DNA of 64,000 bases from Penicillus capitatus (Eukaryota; Plantae; Chlorophyta): positions 124,001-188,000 of the forward strand of contig OZ287695.1 in the NCBI GenBank assembly GCA_965649825.1. The letters are read 5' to 3'. Positions 33,671 to 45,020 of this stretch are shown here, in pieces. Under the pieces are notes generated by a model. It made no database searches. It saw only the letters and a list, made by a program, of their open reading frames with translations, and had not been told where the DNA came from. Every line of letters starts with the position of its first letter. Position 1 is the first letter of the stretch. The position numbers and the translations under genes are program-made.

Positions 33671-36600
33671 GTTACGTTGAGCGAAAACTTGGCGTCTGTA
33701 GATTCAACGTTTGCCGAAATGCACGAATGAAAAAGGTACTTATTTGTAAGACGCGAACTGACACACTTCTGTTCGATGACGTGTGATGTAATTTTCTCAT
33801 CTTTATCATTGCTTACAGTCGACATCTAACCCTTGGCCGTTCCTTACGGTTGGCATCTGTAACACTCTCGTTGTTGTAGAAGACGACGGCAGATATCTTT
33901 AGAGAGAATGGGAAATGTTCAAATGAGAAGTATCATGGCGGTGTTATTCGACATGTGCAGAAACGCAAGAGATGAATGCTTTCAGGCATTTAAAAGGTCC
34001 TCGAGGGTGTCTCTTTTCCTCGCGGGACACTCTGAATTCTTCGCTTCGCAGACGAGGTCCAGAGGAGTGCTTCCTTCTTCGTTTGCTGAAGACGTGGATG
34101 CACCGGCATCGACAAGCACCTAGGATTCTCGCCTCATGCCTAGAGAGAGAATGCATTCGCTATCTACCTCGACGACATCCAAGTGACCGCCATAAGATGC
34201 AAAGTGCATTGCCCTCCATCCGAATTCGTCAGCGATCTCCACATCCACACCTCTGTCAAGAAGAACCTGTCCATCGAAGCAGATGCCGATGCCGGAAAAA
34301 CGAAGTAGGTGGATAACGACTTCGACAAACTCAGTCTGGCCGTAACGTGACGCTATGTGAAGCGGAGTCTGTCCATCGTCCGATGCGGCATTGATGTCAG
34401 CACCATTGCGAGCCAGAATCTGTCGACAGACTTCTTGCGATGCGACAACCAAGTAAGACGAAGGCGGACCGTTGCAATCTGATAGTGTCCGTCGTAGGCT
34501 GCTTGATGAAGAGGACTGGATCCGGTTTCTTGGACGGCATTGACTTGTGCTCCACTCGATACGAGAGTCTGTTTGTCATATCATTGGTCATCGTTGCCCG
34601 AGAGACAGATGCAGACGGACCTTCACGATATCGAGATCGCCGTAGTACGCCGCATAGAGTAAAGGCGTCCATCCGTATTCGTCGACAGAGTTGACATCCG
34701 CCTCTTCATTTACCAGAACCTGTAGAGTGATGATGCAGAGAAGGGTTAGAAGGAAGGGAAGAGCCCGCAAACCTGAACGACTTCATGGTGTTCGTTGTAC
34801 GCGGCATAAAGCAAAGGCGTCCATTCGTATTTGTTAACGGCATTGACAGCAGCCCCACTGGCGATGAGAATCTGCCACCAAATGCTGTCTGATCTGCAGC
34901 GCGAAGAAGATGCAGATGCACCTTTGCGACATCCGCGTGTCCAAAACGTGCTGTATAGTGAAGAGGAGTCCATTTGTCTTCATCCACGGCATTAACGTCT
35001 GCACCTTCGGCTATCAAAATCTGTCCATCGATGACTCTTCTGGCGAGATCTGTAAACAGGGTGAAGATGCACCTCTGCGATATCCATGCTTCCTTGACGC
35101 GCTGCCAAGTGCAACGAAGTCACTTCATAGTCTTCAACGGCATCCACATCTTCGACTTTAGGAGCCAGAATCTGATGACAAGATTGCAATTCTTGCAAAT
35201 CGAAAAAATCGCGTTACTTCTGCGGCGCCGACGTGTCCATAGGAAGATGCGAGATGCAGCGGATTCGCGCCGCTATTCAGGGCCACGTTGACGTCAACGC
35301 CTTCCTCGACCAAGGCCTGACGAACACTTTCTTCGACCGGCGTGCTTGAATGGAAATGCGAGTTACCTTCACAATCGCAGAATGTCCGTAGCGGGAAGCC
35401 GTATGCAGCACGTTCCATCCATCCCATCTGACAGCATCGACATCTGCTCCACGGAGGATCAACATCTGCCAACAGATCTCCATTGCCTCAGTGTCAAAAC
35501 CGAGAAAGAGTGATGACCTCTGCAATGTGAGAGTGTCCGAAACGCGATGCGAGATGGAGCGGCGTCCACCCTTCGTCCTTGACCGCGTCAATATGCGCTC
35601 CGTTGCGCATGAGAATCTGTCGGCGTCGATACTCCGCTGCCTTACGCACAAGAACGATAAGGAATGACCTCCGCGATCATGAAGTGTCCGTATCGTGCCG
35701 CTTCGTGCAGAGGGGCGACTCCATTGGAATCAACGGCATTAGCATCCGCACCTCTGTTTAATAGCAGCTGCCAACAAGACCGCGTTATGGATGCATCTCA
35801 CACGATCGCGAACGCACTTTCACGATCTTAAAGTGCCCGGCGAACGAGGCGAGATGCAAGGGTGTCCAGCCGAAGTCTGTCAAAGGGTCGACGTCGATAC
35901 CTTCGTCGAGCAGAATCTGTCGGACAACTGCCGCAGTCGAGACACCAAAACGCAGCAAGGGTCACCTTTGCGATCTCCTTGTGTCCATAGCGCGCCGCCA
36001 CGTGCAGCGCCGTCCAGTCTTCGTCTGTCACGGCAGTGACATCGGCGCCAAGATCAATCAGCAGCTGCGAAAAGGTCCTCAATGTCGGCGCATGAGGCGC
36101 CATGAAAGCATAGAGCGGACAGAGACTGACCTGCACGATGTCGGTTCTGTCGTAATAGGCGGCGTAATGCAACACCGTCCACTGCTCGTAATCTGCCGCG
36201 TCAATGTCCGCTCCGTTTTCAATAAGCACCTGCGCATCGTTCGCGAAAACTCTCGTCCTGAACGACGTCGTCGGCGTACCTTTGCGACTTTGTCGTTTCC
36301 GTATTGCGCTGCCCTGTGCAGCGGCGTCGCTCCAGTATCGTCGACCGCGTTCACGTTAGCCTCGGACAATAAGAGGACCTAAGCACGTACAGTCGTACGT
36401 TCTCGCTCTGTGTGGATGCGCAAGCCAGTTTGCTCGAGAGTCGGGAAGCACGCACCCTCGCTACCGACGCGGATCCGTTGACTGCTGCTACGTGCAATGG
36501 CGTCGATCCGTCAACATTCCTTTGGCTCACCTTCGAGCCATCGTCCAACAGAATCTGCAGAACAGTCCTTTAGCCGGAAGGGAACAGGCATAGCCACATA

Positions 36601-38230
36601 AAACGCGACAGCCATTGTCACAGTCTCACCTTTGCACACTTGACTGCACCGTAAGCCGCTGTCCAATGAAGAAGAGTCGGCTGTCCTGCCAATGGATATC
36701 CTGAAAGTTCAGAGTTGTTGTAAACGGATTGGACAGGCAGGCCATCCGCGAGCACAGATCTCAGTTTCGCGCCGTTATCGTCTGCGATGGAAGAGATCGC
36801 CTCCTAGAAATACACTGTCACCCATCGATCTGTGCAAGGAATGTTAGCGGCTTACCAAGATGGACATTCCATCTTCTGTGTCCGGTGAACGGCTCCGATC
36901 TTTGATGATCATCTCTTGTGCTGTACTTACTGGAGATTCGTTCTGAAGTGAGTTGAGTGAGAGAGTGAGCACATATTGTAAAGGAAGATGTGAATAACCT
37001 TGTCGATGATATCCAAGATCCAACCCCAGAAGTAGCCAATGCTCGTGAAGGCATCAGGACTGCTTCCATCACACCTTCCTTCTCCGTTTCCAAATAAATC
37101 GATACCGACAACCAGATCCAGTTTCGGGGTTCCTTCGCTTACATTACCGTCTGGCATGCTGGGAATGATCAACGGCCCTCCCGAGTCCCCTATTAATATC
37201 ATCTCACTTTCATGAACGGCAGAGATAGAGCAGATCCGATCACCTGAACACGCCTGTTGAGTGACTTCAGGTGATTCAACGCAGATGATGTGATCTTTTG
37301 GGTGAAAGCTGAGTTGTTCTCCACATGGCTGCGACGCCAACTGGACGAGACTATTTGCCATCTGCAAGTAACGTGGGTATCGCTCGCGTCTCGTTCTTCC
37401 CCAACCCACAATTGTGAACTCCTGATCCTCATCAAAGTGGGCAATCTGATGAGCAAACAAGGGCTCCGGCAGATCGACGCTTCGGTCGAGCTCCAACAGA
37501 GCGATGTCATAACCCGACCTCGCGCGACCCTTCCAAGATTCGTGAATGTGCGTCGCTTTCGTCTTCAGTGTCTGTACAAGATGTCCGACGTCTCAAAGCT
37601 CATTCATCACACGTGGAGGCAGGCTTACGGGCACAGAGGCAGTTCGCCGACGATCGCTGAAACCACAAAGGACTGTGGGCGTTTGTTCGACCGATTCTCC
37701 TCCCTCCGGGTCGACGCAATGCGCCGCCGTAAGAATCCATTTGCTGCGAAACAGCACGCCAGTACAGGTGCTACTACTTCCTTCGACGTATGTGTACGTC
37801 AAGTGGCACACGTAAGGGAACCTCTCTTCCGGAACGCGCACTCCCTGTCCAACGCAAAAAAAACAATCAACATGCAGACAATAGTGCCAGAGTGAGATTG
37901 TTTACCCCCGCTACGTTCTGACGATAGTCTGTGGCGTTATCCGTCTCGGCAGTGCCTAACGAAGAAACGCACTCCCGTCGATACACGTCACGGTCGACGC
38001 AGAGATTACCGAAGGCTCGGTAGTGTGCTCGTATGTCTCCGAAGGACAGGTCGCAAGCGACGGCGAGGACGAGGAGTATTGCTTGTGCGAGACGGCCTCG
38101 CCCATTGAGACCGCCACGAATACCGGGCTGAGTTTGTACACTACCTCCCATTGTCGTTCCCGAACGAATCGTGTCGCAGCCGGGGTTGCACTAACAGAAG
38201 AACCGAGTCGTTCTCAAGTGGAAACAGGTG
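33660..38230. repeat. Segmental duplication, homologous to ~44920-50330
   Basis: Exons and introns are nearly identical between the two blocks; homology continues more weakly into the flanking spacers (38230-41800 vs 50330-52620). Confidence 0.92.
33982..38151 (-). CDS. Gene C: signal peptide/anchor, S1 protease (H-D-S intact), linker, ankyrin array (16 repeat exons)
   Basis: [19 protein letters not shown]; [15 protein letters not shown]; WILTAAHC; GYDIALL; QQACSGDSGGP; cap exon ..[16 protein letters not shown]; sixteen 99-nt exons (first at 36456-36554); terminal [20 protein letters not shown]. Confidence 0.88.
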
Positions 38231-40370
38231 TCGTAAGAAAGCGCGATCGTCGAAGTCGACCTACACGATGAGCCGAAAACGGTAAAGGCAGGATGCTTTT
38301 CCGCCGTTTGCAGCTGCTTAAGTAGCTTCGACTGGTCTGTTCAGCTGCCATAAAGATCCGTATTTCTATGAGTCTTTGTCACGCGTCATTGTTCCCATTC
38401 GTTTTCATTGGTTTTTATATGGTACATTTATATTGCCGGTTCCTCTTGATTACAGTATCGCCTTCCATGGCTAAAACCACAAAAGGCGTTACTGGTACGG
38501 AGACCAGGCGGACAAAAGAATACGATGTCTGGGGGCTTTTTGCAGTATGCTCCGTGAGTATGTGGCACTCGACGACAGACAACGTAGATAGTGCGCTGAC
38601 GCAACGACGCGGTGTGTACCAGAACGGGAACAACCGCGCAGCCGTTCTTTTACGCAATGGGTAACACCTACCGCCAGCTCAGTTTTTGATACCCCTGTTC
38701 TTTCCGTACGAGGTGTAAATGGTTCTGTGATGTTTGTTCATGCGATTTAGACATGACGAGAAGTATGAGGTGAGCATGACATCGTGCAGGACGAGCATGA
38801 TGAGAGGTATAACGTCATGCGACTTCCAAGTGTCGAATGGTCATGACTCTTCTGCGAGCCGTTTTTAATATACTAGTGCGATGCACATTTCGCGTTGATT
38901 ATTCGATGACGGCGGAGGCGAGCCCCGAAGAACCCGGCCTTCGCTGAATCTAGGACGTAGAGCAAAACTTTGTTCTGAGCTGCAAGATGACCGCGAGCTG
39001 ATAATTTGCGGATTGTCTATTTTGTAAAATGGTGAAAGTGGAGGCCGCTAAGCTTGTCGATGTCACCTCCTCATTTAGAAAGCATTCGTTTTGCATGCAA
39101 AATCCCTGTTCGCTGCTAAAACTGTAACAAACCGAAAAGGGTAACGTTAATTTGTTTAAAAGAATGGCGCAATTTCGACTGAGTGGTGATGGGGCATCTC
39201 TAAAATGACGGTGTTTGCGTTGTTATAATGGGAAATGATGTGACAGTCCTCGGAAGACAGTGAAATACGCTGCGGACTAAGGCTGTTGGATAATTTTGTA
39301 AAGACTCAAGAACGTTCTGGCAGCAGAAATCAATGATCATTGTTCTGTCCATGACCATTCTTTATTCTAGAGCTGCGTGACGTAACCGTTGACGTGCCCG
39401 GTTACTGCAGAGAAAGCGCAACGACGAGGACGGTGAACTTCAGTAAATTTCGTGTTGACGTTCCCAGCTGTTAGCTCGGAAGCTTCTAGTATTCACTGTG
39501 AACTTTCAGTCTCCCTCACTGTGAGTTTTCGGCGAATTTCCTAGTCTTGTCGGTCCCAACACTTGAAGAGTATAAAAGCGAGGGTATGAGACATTAAACA
39601 TCTTCCGTTTTACATTAGCGTTCTACTTGTGTTTGTCTATTGCATACATTCCAATGTCAACAACATCTACTGGCTACGGTTGTAGTAAGCTATCTGTTGG
39701 TTACGCTTCGGGTTTGGTTTTCGCAATCCTAACTAGCCCGTTTTCATCTTACCTCAAGATTTCCGCTGCGATTGTGAGATGAGTCAACGCGGAGACGATC
39801 AAGAATCCCCCGCTAGTCCCATTGGCGTCCTCACAGGCCACGAGAACCAATAATACCTGCATTGTCGTCGCGTCACGGCAAAATACATCCCAAGAGACGT
39901 GGAGGGTGAGGGGCTTGCAACGAATCTTCATGATCTCTCTCTGTAGACAAAGAATTACTGTACGGAGACTGTCTGTTTGCATTTGTACGAGTCAAAGAGT
40001 CGACGCTGTTCGAGTTGGAACAACTGAATGCATTCGTTGATTGCGAAGCGTATGACCCGTGATTTGGCGATCTCTCTTGTTCTTTGCCGGTAAGAAACCA
40101 ACGAATGGCACCACGTATGTGTTCTGGAATCAAGAAGAAAACGACTGTGGCGTATCTACGAACTTTGCACAATCGATTAGTGAAAGCGGAGAGCGATCAC
40201 GTATCGACATCAATTGAGCAGCGCACTCTGGTACTTCTGTTTTCTCTTCGTGAGTTGATTGATCAAGCATTCTTTCTCCCTTGGCAACGTATCACATCGA
40301 TGAGATTGAAGATTTCATGATCAGGATCACCGTCTCCGTGGCATGTTTAGTTAATTCTATGGGCCAGCGC

Positions 40371-41356
40371 TTTTTTTTTGATTGTGGGCTTTTACAACTC
40401 CTTTTTGTGAAGATCAGGAGTGGGTCTGTACATTAGGTGTGAACAAAGTATCTATGTATCACACGTGTCATCCCGGATTAAGGATGCAAGGCAGCCTGGA
40501 TTAGGAGTTGCACCAACTTCTTCCTTCTTGTCTCCACTTGGCACTGATGTCTTCTACGAACTCCGACATCTCTTTCGGAAACTGGAAAATGCACGCAGTT
40601 GAGAGCGTTCCCGGAATCTGTCGCTGGAGCTTCCTTCGTGCTTCATGAAACAAAGGGCATTCCAGTAAGAGGTGCTCTCTGTCTTCTAGCGCCGCTCCAC
40701 ATGAGCATTCCGGAGATTCGGCCAGGGCTCCAAATCTGAACAGGTATTGTTTCGAAGGGAAGTGGTTTGCTGCGAACTGCGAGAGTCTGGAAGCCTGGGC
40801 TCTCTCTAGGTATTTCCCAGGGAAGTGCCCTCGTCGGAAATTCGTCAGGTGCGCCGTCAGATGGAAGCTGGTGTTTCGCTGTTTGATGTCCTTTGCTGCC
40901 TCCTTATTCAGAAAGTGCGCGATCCGGTGCTTGATCCATGATCTGTGCGGCGGAATTCCCTTTGGGCCGCCACTGCTGTCTTCTGTGATAGCGGTTGCCC
41001 GTCTCCACTCTGACAGGGCATAGAACAGACCGGGTTTCCATTTCTGAGTTGCCCAGAAGATCGAGTGGCCATCAGTGGACCAATCGAGAAGTTCTTGTTG
41101 TATCTGGATGCCGGTTTCTGAGACGTTGGTCCAGCTTAGAGCTGCTTTCTGGATTCGGTTCGAGTCGACAATTACGACCAGGCTTTGTCTTCGATTCGGC
41201 GCTGTCGAGGTCAGCCGCTCTTTCAGGGTGCACAGGCCCTTGTACAGACCCACAAGCGTGGAGAGCTCCTCCGACGCCCAGTCTGGATCCCACCAGCTTT
41301 CACCTTGTCGGTTGTCTCCTTGAGAGAGTCCCCAGCTGGTGCCGAGGCGGTGACGG
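40371..41356 (-). mobile_element. 5'-truncated non-LTR retrotransposon (LINE ORF2 3' end: degenerate RNase H-like region plus CCHC finger)
   Basis: CSCGAALEDREHLLLECP zinc knuckle; poly(A) seen as T9 at 40371-40379; TSD atgggccagcgc(tt) at 40359 and 41357; the paralogous empty site atgggccagtgtttgc lies at ~52369. Confidence 0.92.
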
Positions 41357-41509
41357 ATGGGCCAGCGCTTGCTTTCTATGTAGCACGTGTATTGTGCAAG
41401 GATGGGTGCAAATGATGAAGGAACCTTGATTAAGCTTGCACTCACAAAAACAACAGAACAGAGGCATTGAAACCTCGATGAGAGTTTTTATTAACGCCCG
41501 TAGTGCAAG

Positions 41510-41686
41510 TGTCAGACTAAATGAGCACAATGAAGGCATCCCGACTGTATAAGGGAGGTCACATCAGAACCTACTACATGTCACATCAGAACCCTAACAC
41601 TATAAAAGGGGGACAATTGCGTTGTTTACGTCGTTCTGTTTAAAGTCTTCCGCTAATGCGTGTGTTTGTTCACCGACAACGCGACA
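41510..41686. mobile_element. Solo-LTR-like insert (177 bp)
   Basis: TGTC...GACA termini, perfect 5-bp TSD GCAAG (41505-41509 and 41687-41691), internal TATAAAAG; absent from the paralogous spacer near 52510. Confidence 0.75.
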
Positions 41687-42441
41687 GCAAGGTCATTAAA
41701 TGGCCGAGTAGACAAATTGGACGATTGCTTACATATCTGAGATCTATTGAAGAATTCTTAGGATTCCAAGATGATCCGTGCTGCGCCATAAGTATACACG
41801 CGCTAGTACTGTGAAGAACTCCCACCGGCAGTCTGACCCTCCACGTCCCCTAGAATGACGTCGGCGTGGACACGTATCTCCCCCTCGCTTGCGCGGCGAG
41901 GGAGCGAGGACGAGGAGAGTAAGTGCCTGAGTCGTCTCCCGGCTGGCCGTCTGACAAGAGCAGCCGAAGTCTTGAAGCAAGATTAGGATGGGCAAGGATA
42001 TCGGAGGCCATGCTAAAAGTTGCAACGAAGAGACAGCTTGTTACAAAGACGATAGACAACGAATGTTTTGACAAACAGAAACAGATCGTATGCGACTCAC
42101 AGACACAAGTGTAAACTCAGATGTCAAGCGAAAGATGTTTTATGTCCCGAGCCCTCGCTTTTGTACTCGTTCAATGATGGGACTAACAAGACAACGAAGC
42201 AAAATCTCGGGAAGTTTAAGAGTGTGTTTCCTGTCAAGTTTCTAATAAACTTGAGAAGAAGTTCGCCATGAAATTATAGAAACTTCTAAAGAATTTCAAC
42301 ATACAATTCAAGAAAATCTCACAGTCCTCGTCATTGCGACATCCTAGCAGTAGCTAGGGAGGGTCGACGTTTACGTCGCAAAGTTCTGGTCCTAAGAAAA
42401 GCTAATGACGAAACAACGCCCATTAAGCACACCGACGTTCC

Positions 42442-42707
42442 TGTCGCCGGTCGGCCGCGCAGCGAAAACTATAACAATGGAAGTCTTTACACTGTGTTTG
42501 GAGCAGGGTAATGCAAGGTCAAGATCGTCCGTCATATACCCACGTGGTGACGTGACTTCCGTAGGCAGACGAGTCGGCACGCTGTCAGAACCAAAAAAAG
42601 TTCCTTGAGAAGCCAATGAGCTACTTGACAAGACAACAAGCGCCCCAAGAAACACATGAGCCCTTTTTGAACAAGGCAGTCCTATCGCCATGGAAATCTT
42701 GGCGACA
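42442..42707. mobile_element. Internally deleted, inverted relative of the 51565-52176 LTR-like element
   Basis: TGTCGCC...GGCGACA termini; both ends align to the reverse complement of the two ends of 51565-52176; the TSD is degenerate. Confidence 0.7.
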
Positions 42708-42887
42708 GTCCTATTACCATTCTGACGAAATTGCGCCATTCTTTTACAATTTCTTGTCAGACTGAAACCACATATGTATAAAACGTGTTCAGTCACATCC
42801 TACAAAACATCAGGAATGTAAATGTCAACGTGAATAAGACGTGTCGTTCCGTAAAGCGTGACAATGCCAAGCAAAAGTACAATTGAT

Positions 42888-44928
42888 CTAATACCACAGT
42901 AGAACGATGATGACGGCTAGCATATTTAGGTTAACGGCCCCTTGAGAAGCACTATCGCCATCAGGAGTGCTATACTCAATGTCAAGATAATCATCTTCGA
43001 TTAGCGATAGTATTTCCTGCAAGGCACGGATAGTCAGAATTCGTGCTTCCACAGTCTTTTACCACCTCTGATAGATGCGAATGAATCATCTCGGGTGCAC
43101 CATCGCTACCAGGAGTACCATAATCAATGCGAGTAGATATATCTTCAAGTGACGAAGGTGGCATTTCCTGAAAGGCACGGACGATCAGAATTAGTGTTAC
43201 CACAGTCTTTCACCTCCTCTGACAGATGCGAATGAATCATCTCGGGTGCACCATCGCTACCAGGAGTATTATAATCAATGCGAGTAGAATTATCTTCAAG
43301 TGAGGAAGGTGGCATTTCCTGCAAGGCACGGACGATCAGAATTCGGGTTGCCACAGTCTTTTACCTCCTCTGACAGATGCGAATGAATCATCTCGGGTGC
43401 ACCATCGCTACCAGGAGTATTATAATCAATGTGAGTAGAAATATCTTCAAGTGAGGAAGGCGGTATTTCCTGCAAGGCACGGACGATCAGAATTCGGGTT
43501 GCCACAGTCTCTTACGTCTTCAGACGGTTGCGATTGAATCGTCTCGTTTGCATCATCCACATCAGGTACAGCATCTTCTTCCTAAAAAGGCAACATCAGC
43601 AGAGAAGAAAATGATAATCACCTATTATGTTAGGCAATGATTCGATAGTGTTTTTGTTGGAGTTTTCTGAACGGATAAAGAATCATTCTATATACCAGGA
43701 AAAGCGTCGGGAGACGTCATTAAAGCTTTATTGAGTTCTAAGGTGTTGTGAGCGCATGTTTATAAAATAAAACAAAGACAAACACTCTCATCAGCGACAA
43801 ACGAAGTCACAGTAAGCATTAGCGCGAACAAGAGCCCTTTTGCCTCAAGTATCTCACCTTGGAGACCTTTCCGTCGGCGACACGTGTCAACCAGTCCCAA
43901 AAGTAACCTATGCTTAGATAGACTGCTGGTGAGCTGCCGTTACAGTCTTTGGACCCAAAAGAAGTGACGCCAATGACCAGATCACGCTCTGGCCTGCCAG
44001 CCGTCAGGTTGCCATCCGGCTTGTTCGGGATGAGCAAAGGACTTCCAGAGTCACCTGAATGAAGAAAAACGTAATCTGAGTAAGTATGGGTCGGATAAGG
44101 AGAGAGCTGTAGCTCACCTTCACAGGTATCCTCGTACATTAATCCAGCACAGATCATCTTTTCAAACTCGATGCCAAACCTTTTTCTGCAACGTTGAGGA
44201 GGAAGGTTGATCAGATTCTCTGCCATCTGCAATCGATCTGGGAACGCGCCTTTCCGGTTCCTCCCCCAACCTACGGCGGTGAACGCTTGTCCGTATCTGA
44301 ATTCTCCCCCTTGTCTATCGAATACAGGCAGTGTGACGTTCGCCTCCCTGTCCAGCTCGATCACAGCAATGTCGTATCCTTCATTCACATCCCCCGTCCA
44401 GGAGTCATACATATGGGCGGCCACGCCACTGAAGGTCTGTCGAACAGAAAGTTAAAAAGTCGACAGCGTGATTTGGGCAACGGAACCAATTCGGGAATAT
44501 AGTCGCTGAGGTCGTGTATCCCGCAGTAGACGAGAGGATTTCTTCCGACTGTTCCGGAACGGGAGGGGTTAATGCAGTGGGCGGCAGTCACCACCCACTT
44601 TTGACGGAAGAGCGTCCCTCCGCAGACGTGCCTTTCGCTCACTCTGTCGAGCAGACTGCAGACGTACGGGAATCTGCCAACCGGCGCCTCCACTCCCTAT
44701 AAGACAACGCATACACATTGTCAAAGCGCGTTGTCAACCGAGGTAAACATACCGCTATTCTTGGCACGCTGTTCGTGAAGTTGAAGCTCTTTAACTCACC
44801 TAGCAAAAGCCGTGCGGAAGTTACCGGTTTGCAACTGTTGCTGCTGGTGACCTACCCGTTTGGGCGACAGTAGTATAACGGCCGACTAAGAGTAAAATTA
44901 ACGCAGCAACTGCGAGTGCTCCTTTCAT
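42888..44928 (-). CDS. Gene D: signal peptide, trypsin-like S1 protease, repeated acidic stalk exons, short hydrophobic (GPI-signal-like) tail
   Basis: MKGALAVAALILLLVG; VVTAAHC; GYDIAVI; EDTCEGDSGSP; three 35-aa exons E(I/M)PPSSLED..PEMIHSHLSE(E/V); final exon ..DGDSASQGAVNLNMLAVIIVLLWY*. Confidence 0.75.
43017..43515. repeat. 151-bp tandem repeat whose unit is one 105-nt exon plus one 46-nt intron
   Basis: Three near-identical exons (43063-43167, 43214-43318, 43365-43469) separated by near-identical GT..AG introns. Confidence 0.9.
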
Positions 44929-45020
44929 GTTACGACAACCAAATTCGTCGTCAGGACGAATCGATTTGTAAAGAGATTTACGGACGGCGAAGAAGTACTG
45001 ACAATAATGCGAACTGGGAC

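Noticed and set aside
33982-36554. ~150-bp periodicity resembling a CRISPR array or satellite
   Set aside because: Explained by 99-nt ankyrin exons plus short introns; there is no invariant repeat with unique spacers, and the context is eukaryotic.
38300-38760. ORFs upstream of gene C and their counterparts at 50400-50900
   Set aside because: Reading frames and stops are not conserved between the two paralogous copies, so this is diverged non-coding or long-dead sequence.
39280-39670. LTR-like stretch with TATAAAAG and TG../..CA candidates
   Set aside because: No pair of termini with a matching TSD could be found.
41357-41445. N-terminal part of the 314-aa ORF 40501-41445
   Set aside because: It lies beyond the TSD in host spacer sequence that is also present at ~52370-52460; chance read-through, not element coding sequence.
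39780-42050. Faint inverted similarity (gacgtggagggt) between ~39900 and ~41845, and a signal-peptide-like ORF at 41850-42074
   Set aside because: The match is too short, and the ORF starts at TTG with no supportable gene model.
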